Positions 34,970 to 48,565 of a stretch of 64,000 nucleotides of DNA are shown in pieces (position 1 is the stretch's first letter; each line of letters opens with the position of its first letter). The stretch lies in the NCBI GenBank assembly GCA_004022145.1, contig RCNU01000005.1. The stretch is one strand, 5' to 3'. This DNA is from Paecilomyces variotii. Its lineage: Eukaryota. The notes under the pieces are model-generated. The model made no database searches, was not told the origin of the DNA, and saw only the letters and a list, made by a program, of their open reading frames with translations. The position numbers were made by a program, and so were the translations under genes.

Positions 34970-35789
34970 ATGGATCTTCAGGGCACTCCCATCGGAAACA
35001 CTACCACCGGCACCAAGGTATGTCTCATTCGTTTGCAACCCCTATATTGTGTGTCTAGGAGAATCATATATTGACGGCTTTTAGGTCACCTCTGACCCTG
35101 AACGCTACAACAGACCCGTCCAGGAGAAGCCTGGTGCCATTGCCAATGACTCTCTCGCTGCTGAATCTGTGAAGCAGGGCGGTGCTTTCCAGCGAAACGC
35201 TGATGCCGCTCCTCTCGATGTCTCCGGCAGCAGCTCGACCCTGAACAACACCAACACTTCTGGAGCCAGCCAGCTCTCTTCTAGCCGTGATGCCGCCACC
35301 AGAGACCCCGACAACAAGGAGAGATACCCTGACAGCCTGGGTGGCCAGGGCAGCTTCCCCGGAGCTCATGTTCCTGAAACCGGCTACGTCGGCGGCCCTA
35401 CCAGCGCTAAGAAGAATCTCGGTATCGGACAGGAGGGTTACCCTGCCTCTGAGAAGGGCCGCCAGCCTGCCGAGGCTAGCGGCAGCGGCGTCAGAAGCTC
35501 TCACTATGGCGGACCTGCCCCGTCGTACATTGAACCCGTTATCCACAACCCTGGCAACACCAAGCCCAAGGGTCAGAACCTGAAGGAGGGTGGATTCACC
35601 GACAAGAAGAACGCTAGCTGGAACACCGACATTGGTAGCAGGAACGACCCTGGCCGTCTGGCTGAGAACAAGTTCGAACGCTACAACAAGGAAAGTGGCA
35701 TTGATGCTGGCTACACCAAGCAGAGTAGCCGTGAGGACCCCAGCAGCGCCCAGCCCTATGGTGCTCTCCGCAATGAGGAGAGCATCTAA
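34970..35789 (+). CDS. Gly/Ser/Asn-rich hydrophilic protein of the conserved fungal 'DSLAAES' type (stress or spore hydrophilin-like), one intron
   Basis: MDLQGTPIGNTTTGTK|VTSDP...GAIANDSLAAESVKQGGAF...NTNTSGA...YPDSLGGQG...KPKGQNLKEGGF...DIGSRNDPGRLAE; strong C-ending codon bias. Confidence 0.82.
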
Positions 35790-36324
35790 GCGTCTTCCTC
35801 AAGAACTATAATGACATTATGAGGGATACGCACAATTATTTACATGTTTCAGAAAATCACAAATCTGCGATGAATCTTGTTGAAGTTGGGCAATTCAGGG
35901 GTACATACTTTGGCATATTTTAATTGTTGATTTTGTTTTTCCATCCTGTCCTGCTGGTATTTTCGGGACAGAAATCGCCAATGGCTCCTATATATTGCTG
36001 GTACGTTATATCCATACCAGATGTATCAATAGAAATGCATAATCAAAAATAAATTAAAATCCCATTATGGAAATTATGCATGAGCTTGACCAAGCCTAGT
36101 AAGTATAACGTAGACTGATTTCGCAATTCAAATATCACAAATGGTCACTTGGGTCTTCCAGAAAGGTAACCGATCATGTGAGAGTCAAAACGCTCTCTCA
36201 TCTCTTGGAAGTTACTTAGCACGTGCCTTCGATTTCTGCAATGCCTTACGGTACAAGCAGATACATGTGGACGTATTAGAAAACGAACCAGCAACTTTTC
36301 TATTTCATATGGAAATAAAAATCT

Positions 36325-37194
36325 TTACGGTACAAGATCATCAAACCCGTCATCCGAAGAATCATCATCGTCATAATAATGCTGAATCATATAACCTCCC
36401 TCGATCTTCATACCCTTCTCTCCCCTTGCCATCTTATCGGCCGACATCCAAAGCCGACTTTTGTGTCCGGATTCGATGGAATCCAAAATATTCGCGTCTC
36501 CCCGATACCACATCCACGCGTATTCTAGCATTTCGACTAGTACGACGGTAATGGGTACTAGCCATATCATTCCCAGGACGATCATCCATGGTTCAAGAGC
36601 AGCTTTGGAATCATGATGAGGGACTGCGCTAGATGCGGCCGTGTGAGGCGCAGTGGTATTGCTTTCCTTTTCGGAATTATCCTTGGAAAGAGAAGAAGGA
36701 GAGAATGACGGGACGGAAAATCCGTGTAAGACTCGAGATACCGTTCTCAGAATCCCCGCGTGTGCGGGACAGGAGGGTTTCAAGGATCTGTTATTATTAT
36801 TATTATCCTGCGCGGATTGTTCCGGTTCATTAGAAGGGGTGATGATGTTTTCGATCTGGCGGTGATTATTCAGAGATTCTGGCGAGTTTGATGCTTGTGG
36901 TTTCGTTTCAGTTTCAGTTTCTTCCAGATCGGTTAATCTTGCGTTGGCGGGATCGGGATCGCGCGCTGTGGAGATAATAGTAGTAGTAGGAGTAGTAGAT
37001 GGCGTTGTTGTCTGATGTCTTCCCGTATATTCTTCTTTTGCGAGGAACATGAAATGATGACCCTCTTCTTTCCCGTGAGACTGGTCGTGTTTCAACGTGA
37101 GGGTATCGGGCCGCAAGCTATCTGGGAGAGGGATTGCGTTGGAAGTATGTAGTATGGAAAATAACGAAAGTGGAAGAATCAGCAAGGACTTCAT
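36325..37194 (-). CDS. Predicted single-pass membrane protein (signal peptide, low-complexity S/T/N ectodomain, C-terminal TM helix)
   Basis: MKSLLILPLSLFSILHTSNAIP signal-like start; hydrophobic WMIVLGMIWLVPITVVLV; acidic tail; 289-aa uninterrupted ORF. Confidence 0.7.
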   Translation of the reverse strand: MKSLLILPLSLFSILHTSNAIPLPDSLRPDTLTLKHDQSHGKEEGHHFMFLAKEEYTGRHQTTTPSTTPTTTIISTARDPDPANARLTDLEETETETKPQASNSPESLNNHRQIENIITPSNEPEQSAQDNNNNNRSLKPSCPAHAGILRTVSRVLHGFSVPSFSPSSLSKDNSEKESNTTAPHTAASSAVPHHDSKAALEPWMIVLGMIWLVPITVVLVEMLEYAWMWYRGDANILDSIESGHKSRLWMSADKMARGEKGMKIEGGYMIQHYYDDDDSSDDGFDDLVP

Positions 37195-38279
37195 CTTGAA
37201 TGTTTTGAGGCCTTATAATGCGAATGGCAATAGGGGACTTTGGGGGGTGGTGTATGCTATGGTATGGTATGGTATGTAGGGCTGAAGTATCCGTGCTACC
37301 CTGTAGGTAGGTAGGTTGGATGGGAAGATAGGTAGATTATAGAGAATATGTAGGACCTGTTGCTGCTATCATATAGCGATGTCCCGTAAGGAAGGAAAAA
37401 GGCAAAGAAGAAGGGGAAAAAAGGGTAATCCGCCATGAAGAGTCGGAAGCACATCCGAGGACAAAGGTCCTTCTTTATATGTATGAAGACATCATGACGC
37501 CCGCCTAACCTAGCCGGTCCGGCTAAGCAGGGACTAAGTATGGGCGCATTGGAACGACTTTTTTTTCTCTCTCTCTCTTCTTTTTTAGCGCAAACAGCGA
37601 GGCTGCAGCACCGCCGCGATCTAAAAAACGTCTACGGTGCAATTATTTCTAACGCTTTCAGGCAACAGGGGATCATTAAGGGGCGGGGGGGCCGAAAGGA
37701 AGAGTAAATAATCTGAGCTGAGAAATGCGCTGGATTGACTACTCTGGCCGACCGGGTCGCTGATTGGACAGGATCAGTCGGCTCGGGCAGTCAAGCTTTT
37801 TAGAGCGACAGGACTATCTATCTAAATCCGGCTAGGAGGTACGTTGGATGGGGATCAAGTCTCAAGTTGCACAATTTAATTATTACCTATTGTTGACTGC
37901 TCTGGGACTTTGTTGTGTACTAATGAGCTATTATTATTTACCGTCCTCGTCTGATTTCCTGGATAACTTCAGCTTGGCTGTCTTGCTGGAGCAAATTTGA
38001 CCGAGGTACGGCTTTCCTGCGCGCACCATCCATCAAATCCGTCGATTTGTTCAAATAAATAACTCAGCCCTCCCCGTGGGATCAAACTAACTTAACTAAC
38101 TTAGTCAGTTAGCTCATTGTGCCAGCACAAAGAAGCCTCGAAGGATCATGCTAAGTTTTTATTGTTACACCGAGACCACGGATAGTTACAGGTCATGTTC
38201 CATTTATAGCGGGACCACTTAACTAAGTCCCTGCCGTCCGATCATGAAGCACCTAAATAATTCTCAGCCACTGGTACTT

Positions 38280-38900
38280 TAACTTAGATTGGTAATTGAT
38301 CTCCTGATCTTGTGTGAGGCTCGAAAAAAATTAATGTCTAAGCGCGGTAGTTAATTAGTTGCCTTGAGCCTCAATTCTTAGGATCGGCTCAGCCGCTCTG
38401 TTTTGTCCCCCACGCGGGAGGAGCTAGGGCTGTGAAGGGGCTTCTGGACGGAGTCACGCAAGGGATGTCGAATTGGGTGTTAGTGAATTTCTGATGAGAT
38501 GGAGATGGTTTATGCCGACTTCAATAGTTATTTAGCTCTTTGAACCAAGCTCTATGGGGATGATCTACTCGAGCCTGTTGACCTTAAAGTGGTTCTTGCG
38601 ATGGATACTAGTACTGTATGGGCCTAACGTCCGAGTGTCTACTTTCTACCCCAGAGTGAGCTTCAGTGAGAAACACTCCTCATCGCTTTTTCTGCTAGAA
38701 CATTCGCAATCACTCAATTCAACTCCGTTGGCGTTCAAATTCCTTAAACTCCTCCGTATTAATCCTCTATTGCAGTTGTGATCGGCTAAGCCTAGCATGA
38801 GATCGAGCGCCGGACTAACTCCTGTTCCGGCCTGACCGCTTCGAGTCCCTGACTTGTATCGTTGGGAGCTGCGTTTCTTACCTTCCCACAAGATCGGTTA
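38280..38900 (-). pseudogene. Degenerate coding-like relic of unknown origin; boundaries approximate
   Basis: Minus-strand stretch reads like protein (TEEFKEFERQRS*IE*LRMF*QKKR*...) with frequent stops and TpA-rich flanks; no family recognised. Confidence 0.3.
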
Positions 38901-39210
38901 TCCTCGTATAGTGGCCTAGCTGGTTGAACAGATCTATTTCAGACAGCGATAGTGCTCTAGATATTAAGCAGTTAGAGAATTAGAACGACTGCTAAAGCGA
39001 TCTTCTTACCCGACCTTCTGGTAGGTCAGTATAAACGCTAAACCTATTCGGGTAAGCGTACAATAAATCAGTACTCATTCGACTCTATACCTAGTGTTGA
39101 TAACAGTACCTGCTAGTAGTTAGGACCTTCTAATTCTATTTTAATTGTTTTCTTATTAGTGACTTATTAATCAGTTAAGAATCGGTTTCTAACTAATTCG
39201 GGTTTCTACA

Positions 39211-40063
39211 ATGCAATCGTCCAACGGTGCGACCCACCAAGACTCGGGCTCGGGGGCTGGATCAACTACTGTTCCTGAGAACAACAAGACCTCACACCTG
39301 GTACCTTCGATTGTTTGGCAGCTCCTTGGTAATTAGATACTAACCGATTGAAACTTCGATAGAGTGGTCTAACTCCGTTGAATGATGGGGGGAGGAAGAC
39401 AGTATTCGCACGTAAGATAGATCGTGCCGCTACATTACCTGAATATCCAACTAGCGATGCTGTTGGATATGCATACATTGTATCTACCTGGGGGAAAACA
39501 GAGAAACAGATTGAAGAATAATTCAAGATTGTTCATTAAATTCAGTTATTAACCAGCTGTTACGTACCTAGGTTCGATATAACAAGGGCCTCAAATACCC
39601 AGTTAAGAAGAACCGATGCATTATTCAACTTGGATGGTGTAATCGTTATCGATGGCAATGTTCTGGAGTCAAAGGCTGCGAACATTTACATCCTGACTTG
39701 CAGGCGTTCGAACACACCAAGGTTGATGATGATCTTCTAAATCGTCTTGAAAGCCTCTCTCAATCGATTCGCGATCAGTTTCCGCAAAATGGTGAACAGT
39801 GTTACGTGATAAAGTCACAAAGCACCAGACGGACTACATGTGGTAGTTATGTGATGATTCTATGGCCGATTGGAGGAGCTCGAGATCGATTTCTAACTGG
39901 TTGTTAAGAGGCACCTCACCAAGAGGATGCTAAAATAATTTCACGACCTTGTCCAGTGGAATTCAATGCGTTTGTTCCGTTGGATTTGAATGAAAGACCA
40001 TGGTATCTATGGTGCTCATTTGGTGTCCATAACCATCCTCCTCCTCCGACACGGGGCAAATAG
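39211..40063 (+). pseudogene. Degenerate, intron-containing Cys/His-rich gene fragment, probably transposase-associated
   Basis: Spliced reading: ...DRAATLPEYPTSDAVGYAYIVSTWGK...EE*...WQCSGVKGCEHLHPDL...HTKVD...FLTGC*...CPVEFNAFVPLDLNERPWYLWCSFGVHNHPPPPTRGK*; internal TAA stops. Confidence 0.6.
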
Positions 40064-41524
40064 TTGAGAGTACGGCCCGCGCGGACAAGGCCACATGACT
40101 CGATCGGATAAGCTTGTTTAGGTAAACCGAGCACAGGCTTCATGGTATTCTGCTGTTGTTCTAGTGAATTACTCGAAATACCTCTCTGAGCTAGATTTCT
40201 AATTGCTAGATCGATCATGATCCCCTTGTGATCTTCTCTGTGCGACGATCTCGTCGTACGATACTGCTAGAATAATAGAATAGATCCCTTTTTATCCTAT
40301 CTGCCGTTGGTATTTAGCCTTCATCAGTCATTAATATTAGCGAGGGGCAAAGCCAGCAGTCGGGGTGGAGTGGATGGAAAAGGCCGGCGGAGCAGGGTAG
40401 TCCGGGGCCAACCAGGGCCTCTGGTGGTGCTTTGTCAGGCTTTCTCCGGGCTGCTTAACTTAGTAGTAGTTATGTATCCATCTTTCATGTCATCATTACG
40501 ATCCCCGTCGAACTGTTTAGCCACGAGCTGGTCGATTCGATAACCGACTGCAGCTTGACCGACCTTTGCCGGCTTTCAATACATATCATCTCCCAATTAT
40601 TGCGTCTGGGCTGCATGCTTGCTGCTGGGTGGATACGGAGTTGATAATGTTAATATTATTATTTAGTACTCTGCTCTTACTGAGCATTGAAAGCAAGCAG
40701 CTAAGTAGGTAGCTGGCTACTCCGTATATGGTACTTCATGTCCTGGGAGCTTGAATGAGGAAGGCTCGCACTCTGGTTGGCGCGGGATGGGGAGGCAATT
40801 CGAATTGATTCCAGACGCAAGCAATGCTCATTCTGGGGCAGAGAACGTCGCAGATTCTCGTCCATGCAGGCATCTCCCCGTAAGTACCATAGAGTAGAGT
40901 ACCAATACGGCAGAAGGGGGACATTGTCATCCGAATGGGCCAGCACAGCACTCAACAGCAGCAATCACTCTAGAATAATAGCAATTATTATCCGGTCTGC
41001 AAGAATTATTAATAAATATATACATAACTTACTGACTAACTACTACTAGCTGAAAGATAACTAGAAGTTCTAGAGTCGAGTCTCTTTATTATTATTATTA
41101 AGGAACGCAGGACTGTCCTCCGGAGGTTACAGCTCTCTCGTCGAATTCCCCCCACCACGAAGACATCATCGACCGTCCTCACCGGGAATTGCCCCACCTA
41201 ATCATTCCCGCCCACCACAGCAGCAGCAGCAGAGAACTCCCCTCATCTTTCCCTCGCAACTGATCAGAAGAAGAAGGGGTTAAGAAAAAAAAATTGAATT
41301 GGCTTATTCATTCTTCATATCCTAGAATTACTAGTGTGAAAAAAAGCCAAGCCAAGCGAAAGAGGAACCTCGACCAACGTTCTTCCGCGCCGCCGTTAAA
41401 TAAAGTTGGTCCCCCTCCCCAACCTTTCCTCCACGCTTGCTGTAACAACTCTTCCTGTTGAAAAACTTCCCTCCTGTTGTTGCTTGCTTCGTCCTAACGC
41501 TGTCGACGTCAGAAGCCTGCAATC

Positions 41525-44182
41525 ATGGGTTACACCGATCTTGATCAATTGGCCATCAACACGATCCGTACTCTTGCGGTAAGTCTTGCCTTTTTCTATT
41601 TCCTCTTGGTGCTTGTGAGAGGGGGAGGGCAGTCAGAACGGCTTTCTTCGGACCTCGACGGGAGCTGCGCGAGTTGCTGTGCTGGCGGAGTCGTCCGCAG
41701 GGTAGCTTGTCTATTGTTGCGGGTGCAGCTCTGGACGGCTCTATGCCAGCTCTATATAACCCATCGCTCGTTCTAGGATGTTTTGAACACCGCTGGAAAG
41801 ATTCTTTCATACTGATTGAGCTCGCTTTTTCAGGTCGATGCCACCTTCAAGGCCAACTCCGGTCACCCCGGTGCCCCTATGGGCATGGCGCCGGTGGCCC
41901 ACGTCCTCTTCAACAAGTTCATGACCTTCAACCCCCAGAACCCCAAGTGGCTCAACCGGGATCGTTTCGTTCTCTCGTAAGTAGATCCTGTTTTCTCAAC
42001 CTACTCTGGGATCAAAGTGTGGCCATTCCAATGGACACTTGGTTGCGGTAGCATGGTTCAAGAGCCATCAAAGATCCCGAAGGGCCCGCTCAAATTGAGA
42101 AGAGACCATGGCTGACACTCTTTCTTCCTCTCAGGAACGGCCACGGTTGTATGCTGCAGTATGCCCTGCTGCACATGTTCGGCTACAAGGTCTCTATGGA
42201 CGACCTGAAGAACTTTAGAGTACGGTTACCATTTATTCAGATCGTTTCATTGATACGAGACTGATCTGTTTCTCGTAGCAAATTGACAGCATCACCCCCG
42301 GTCACCCCGAGTCTCACGACACCCCTGGTATCGAGGTCACCACTGGTCCCCTTGGTCAGGGTTTCGCCAACGCTGTCGGTCTGGCCATTGCTCAGAAGCA
42401 CACCGCAGCCATTTTCAACAAGCCCGGATACGACCTGGTCAACAACTACACCTATGTCTTCTTCGGTGATGGCTGTGCTATGGAGGGTATTGCCAGCGAG
42501 GCCGCCAGTACTGCTGGTCACTTGAAGCTCAACAACCTGATTGCTATCTACGATGACAACCACATCTCCATTGGTAAGGGAGCTCCGTTTCCCCCGGGAC
42601 CGCTTGGCAGAAACTGACCTCGATAAATAGACGGTGACACCAAGTGCGCTTTCACTGAGGATGTCCTGAAGCGTTTCGAGGCCTACGGCTGGCACACCGA
42701 GTGGGTCAAGGACGGTGACCACGACCTTGAGGGTATCGAGGCCGCCATCAGGAGGTGCAAGGAGGTCAAGGACAAGCCCTCCGTCATCAAGCTGACCACG
42801 ACCATTGGTTTCGGTTCCAAGCTCCAGGGTACCGGTGGTGTTCACGGAAACCCTCTGAAGCCTGACGACGTCCAGCACGTCAAGAAGCTCTTCGGTTTCG
42901 ACCCTGAGAAGACCTTCGTCGTCCCCCAGGAAGTGTACGACCTCTACCACAAGCACGCCGCCGAGGGTGCCGCCAAGGAGCAGGAATGGAACCAGCTCCT
43001 CCAGAAGTATGGCACTGAGTACAAGGCCGAGTACGAGGATCTCACTCGCCGTCTGACTGGCAAGCTGCCTGAGGGCTGGGAGAAGAACCTCCCTACCTAC
43101 AAGCCTTCTGACCCTGCTGTCGCTTCCCGTAAGCTGTCTGAGGCTGTCCTCGAGAAGGTCCACGGTGCTATCCCTGAGCTGCTCTCCGGATCTGCTGATC
43201 TGACTGGCTCCAACAACACCCGCTGGAAGAACGCCGTTGACTTCCAGCCCCCTGACCTCGGTATTGGTGACTGGTCTGGTCGCTACCTGCGCTATGGTGT
43301 GCGTGAGCACGGAATGGCTGCTATCATGAACGGTCTCGCGGCCTATGGCACCATCATCCCCGCCGGTGGTACTTTCCTGAACTTCGTCTCCTACGCTGCT
43401 GGTGCCCTTCGTCTGTCGGCGCTCTCTCGCGTCCGTGTCATCCACGTGGCCACCCACGACTCCATCGGTCTGGGTGAGGACGGTCCTACTCACCAGCCCA
43501 TTGAGACTCTGGCTCACTTCCGTGCCATGCCCAACCTCATGGTCTGGCGCCCTGCTGACGGCAACGAGACCAGCGCTGCCTACTACTCTGCCCTGACCGC
43601 CCAGCACACCCCTAGCGTTCTGGCCCTCACTCGCCAGAACCTGCCCCAGCTGGAGAACTCTACCATTGAGAATGCTCTGAAGGGTGGCTACACTGTTCTT
43701 CCCACTGCCAACCCCAGCGTCATCCTCATCTCCACTGGTTCCGAGGTCAGCATCTGTATCGAGGCTGCCACCTACCTCAAGGAGAAGCACAACATCGATG
43801 CCGCCGTTGTCTCCGTTCCCTGCTTCGAGGTCTTCGATGCCCAGAGCAAGGAGTACAGACTCTCCGTCCTCCCCGACGGTGTCCCCATCCTGTCCGTCGA
43901 GGCACTCAGCACCATGGGCTGGGAGCGCTACTCTCACGAGCAGTTCGGTCTCAACCGCTTCGGTGCCTCTGGTCCCTACAAGGAGGTCTACAAGGTAAGC
44001 CACATCCCCAGTAGTCGCAGTCAGCAGATATACCTTTTTTGGAGACTAGTTGCTAACTCATCGTCTAGAAATTCGAGTTCACTCCGGAGGGCATCAGCAA
44101 GCGTGCCATTGCCACGATTGACTTCTACAAGGGCCACAAGGTCCGCTCCCCGATCAACCGTGCTTTCCAGCAGATTCTGTAA
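41525..44182 (+). CDS. tkl1: Transketolase, multi-exon
   Basis: [106 protein letters not shown]; stop at 44180-44182. Confidence 0.97.
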
Positions 44183-44869
44183 GCACCTCATTGCAGGTGT
44201 TTGCTCTTCGTTGATGACCAAAGTTATGATGATGGTTTCCGGGATGTATTCGATATCAGAAAATGGGTACCTCCCGGGGTTTTAGGGATCTACGACCTTT
44301 CTTCAGCGTTTTATTTGCGCCACTTCTTTACGCCGAAATAATTGGCCCCGAAGTATCTATATTAGAGATTAGAACAAAGGGCTGTTAAAATAAAGTATAT
44401 GTTTGTCACGCCAAATCCCTTCACTTATTGTAATTTTTTTGCCATTCAGGAACTAGTAGGTTATTATCATAGCACAACAGAGTGAGAATCAGTAAGCAAA
44501 TAATAAGAGGTTTCATTTAAAAAGGCTCATGAGAGTCTTTTACTCTGACGACTATGGAAGCAAAGTGCATCCCAATTTGGAAAGCGACTTTTTCTACTAT
44601 TTCTGTAGAGACATGAAGGGTTGCAGCAATATTTCATCAAGCGACCTTTGCTAATCCCATCTTCGCCTTTTTTTATTTTATCATCGAAGAAGAGGTCGTG
44701 ATCATCAGTCGAATGGAATCAAATCAAATCCCAAGCCCATCCTAAGTACATGCATAATTTAATGATCATGTCTTCTTTCTTTCAAAGGGTGCCTCTGGTC
44801 CTAATTTTATATTCAGGGGGTGGGGGACGGCGTTCTTGAATCGGCTTTTGGACGTTTTCGTTATTGCTT

Positions 44870-44875
<6 letters not shown>

Positions 44876-44906
<31 letters not shown>
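44876..44906. repeat. T31 homopolymer (A31 on the spe3 sense strand, just 3' of its stop)
   Basis: Read directly. Confidence 0.9.
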
Positions 44907-44941
44907 CAATTTGATTTGAAAAGCAAAGTCCAGGGAATTTT

Positions 44942-46336
<1,395 letters not shown>

Positions 46337-47537
46337 TGTGGGGAGAATTGATCGAAAAGAACGGGATTGCAAGAAGAGAGATGAAGCACGAGACCGCAGA
46401 TACGGAGAGAAGACAGACGATCGAAGGGTATAAGAAGTTGGCGACAAAGATAGACGGCCTAGCATGAAATTTTTCGAGATTTTTCTCTCTCTTTTTTTTT
46501 TTTTCCCACCTCTGGGCTCTTTTGGATTTACCCCTCCGCACATCCAGCGGCCAGTGGGGATTTTCAGGCAGAGAAGGCGGCACCGTCGCTTCTGGGCCGA
46601 AACTCAACCCCGCCGACTTCAATCAATCCATGCATTATTTGGCTGCCTTCGTTTTGCTGCCAATTCACTGCGAGTTGACTGGGATGTTTCGGATATTCCC
46701 TCCTGGTGGGCATTCATTCATCCAGGTCTGCTGGACAGGGACATGGTGATTAATGCCCTGCACGACATGCCAGAAGCACTGCTTTGATGCGCTGGTGATA
46801 CCCTTCCTGCTGCTGACCAAGTCGCTACAGTAGTAAAACAACACAAAGAAAAGGTTCTGGTAGAAGCCGTCGGAACCAAGGTGCTGAAACAGTCTCAACC
46901 GCTCCGAACCCAATCTTGACTCCGATGTTTGGATCCATGGCACGTTCTGCAGCAGTTTTAAAACGACTTTCGAGGCGGTTGGGCATCCGCACCGAATTTG
47001 GCAAGATTATCAGTGCACTTCAATCGCGGCCATTCTCGTCATTGATAACGGGTGCTCAGAGACTTTTCGATAGTAAAGGATTTCAGATGAGCCTGTTAGT
47101 CGACAAGTACGAGACCGGTTCTTTGTCTCTGTTTCTCAGTATCTTGCTGGACCCACACATATAACTACGACAGACGTTAAATACTGATAGGACCGCAGGA
47201 TGGAAGATAGACGAAAATCAAGTCCCCTGATCCCTCGTAGGAGAAGGCTTCCTGTAATGCAACTCATCAATATACCTACGATTGGGTAGTTGCGTGAAGC
47301 TCGTACACGGGGCTCTTTGCCAAGTTTCTGAACCGGAACTGACTGCGGTGTCAACAAGGTAGTTTTACAGACAGCTATCTCCAGCATCTATGACTCCAGA
47401 CTTAACAAAGGAAAACTGTGAGGATTGGTTTCGGATTGCCTTCTAGTACTGTACAGCGCGACCACGAAAGGACTTCCCAAAACGGAAGTGAACAACACGT
47501 GACTGTCCACAGCCAATCACGACCCCCCGAACTGCGT

Positions 47538-48268
47538 TTACTCAGATTCACCCTCGGCCTGACGACCAGGCTTGGAGTTGAGGTACTCGTTCCTAGAAAA
47601 AAAGCAAGATTCATATCAGTTCCATGCCCAATGCCAACCGGTGGTGCGTTTCGCGCTCGTCAGGAGCGGAATGCAAGGCTTTTCGCGTACCTCTCAATGG
47701 CCCAGTTCATGGTAGCGTAGGCGATAATGAAGGGAGGGGCGACGTAGAGGACCTGGTGGCGGAATCGGCGCCAGACGTTGAAGATAGCGGCGTGAGCAGC
47801 GCCGGCCATGGGCCTCTGTCGGTTGGCGGAGAGGGAATAGGTAATGATGTTCTTCTGAGGGGTCGTGCAGCCTGGATGTTGCAAATCAAGAGATTAGCGC
47901 CGTTCTTCAGGCCCTTCGAGCGCGGACAGCGTGGAAGTTATCCAGGCGAATTGTCATTGCCATTGAGGCTGCAATTGAAGCCCTCCCAACTCTTCCCATA
48001 TAGCGATATATATCCCGTGTCGCCGGTGTTTCAACTCAGGTCGCGGAGGACTTACCGATGGCTCCCCAGTTACCTAGGAAACTGTAGATAGGAATCGTTA
48101 GCAAAGAGTTCAGCACGAACAGGTAGATAGAAGACCAATTGAGAGGCCTGTTTGGGTTGCACATCTCCATCACGGTTGCTTCCGGGCGACTGGAGAAGGG
48201 AACGAGGCAATCGGAAAAGGAACGGTGACTTACACTCCATGCTTGGGGTCCGCGCCGTGGTTACCCAT
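47538..48268 (-). CDS. qcr8: Cytochrome b-c1 complex subunit 8, four exons
   Basis: MGNHGADPKHGV|FLGNWGAIG|CTTPQKNIITYSLSANRQRPMAGAAHAAIFNVWRRFRHQVLYVAPPF...AIER|NEYLNSKPGR. Confidence 0.93.
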
Positions 48269-48565
48269 TGTGACTGATTGAAGAACGAAAGTGACTGAAA
48301 GAGGAGAGAGACGCTACTGCGGTTCGTAAAGAGGACTGGCGTCGGCGTGGCACAGAGACAAGACGTTGTGATGAAAGACCGGGAGAGCGAAGGTCGAGTT
48401 CGGTTTGGGCGCAACATCCGGGCGCTAAGCCCGATCGGGACAGCATCGAGAAAAGCCCGTGATCAGCTCCGCCGCAACATCCAGAAGAGCCGCAGCAAGC
48501 AACGACGAACAGTCCCGATTTCCCCCTCATCTCTCAGCCAGTGACCATCTCGAGTTCCTGCAGCG

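Noticed and set aside
35064-35546. 160-aa minus-strand ORF, plus similar shadows over spe3, phb1, facB and the proline-rich gene
   Set aside because: Antisense or alternative-frame artefacts of real genes.
38896-38940. TCCTCGTATAGTGG, superficially like a tRNA 5' end / A-box
   Set aside because: No T-arm (GTTCRA) or acceptor-stem complement downstream.
42237-44003. 588-aa minus-strand ORF
   Set aside because: Antisense shadow of the strongly codon-biased transketolase gene; no recognisable motifs.
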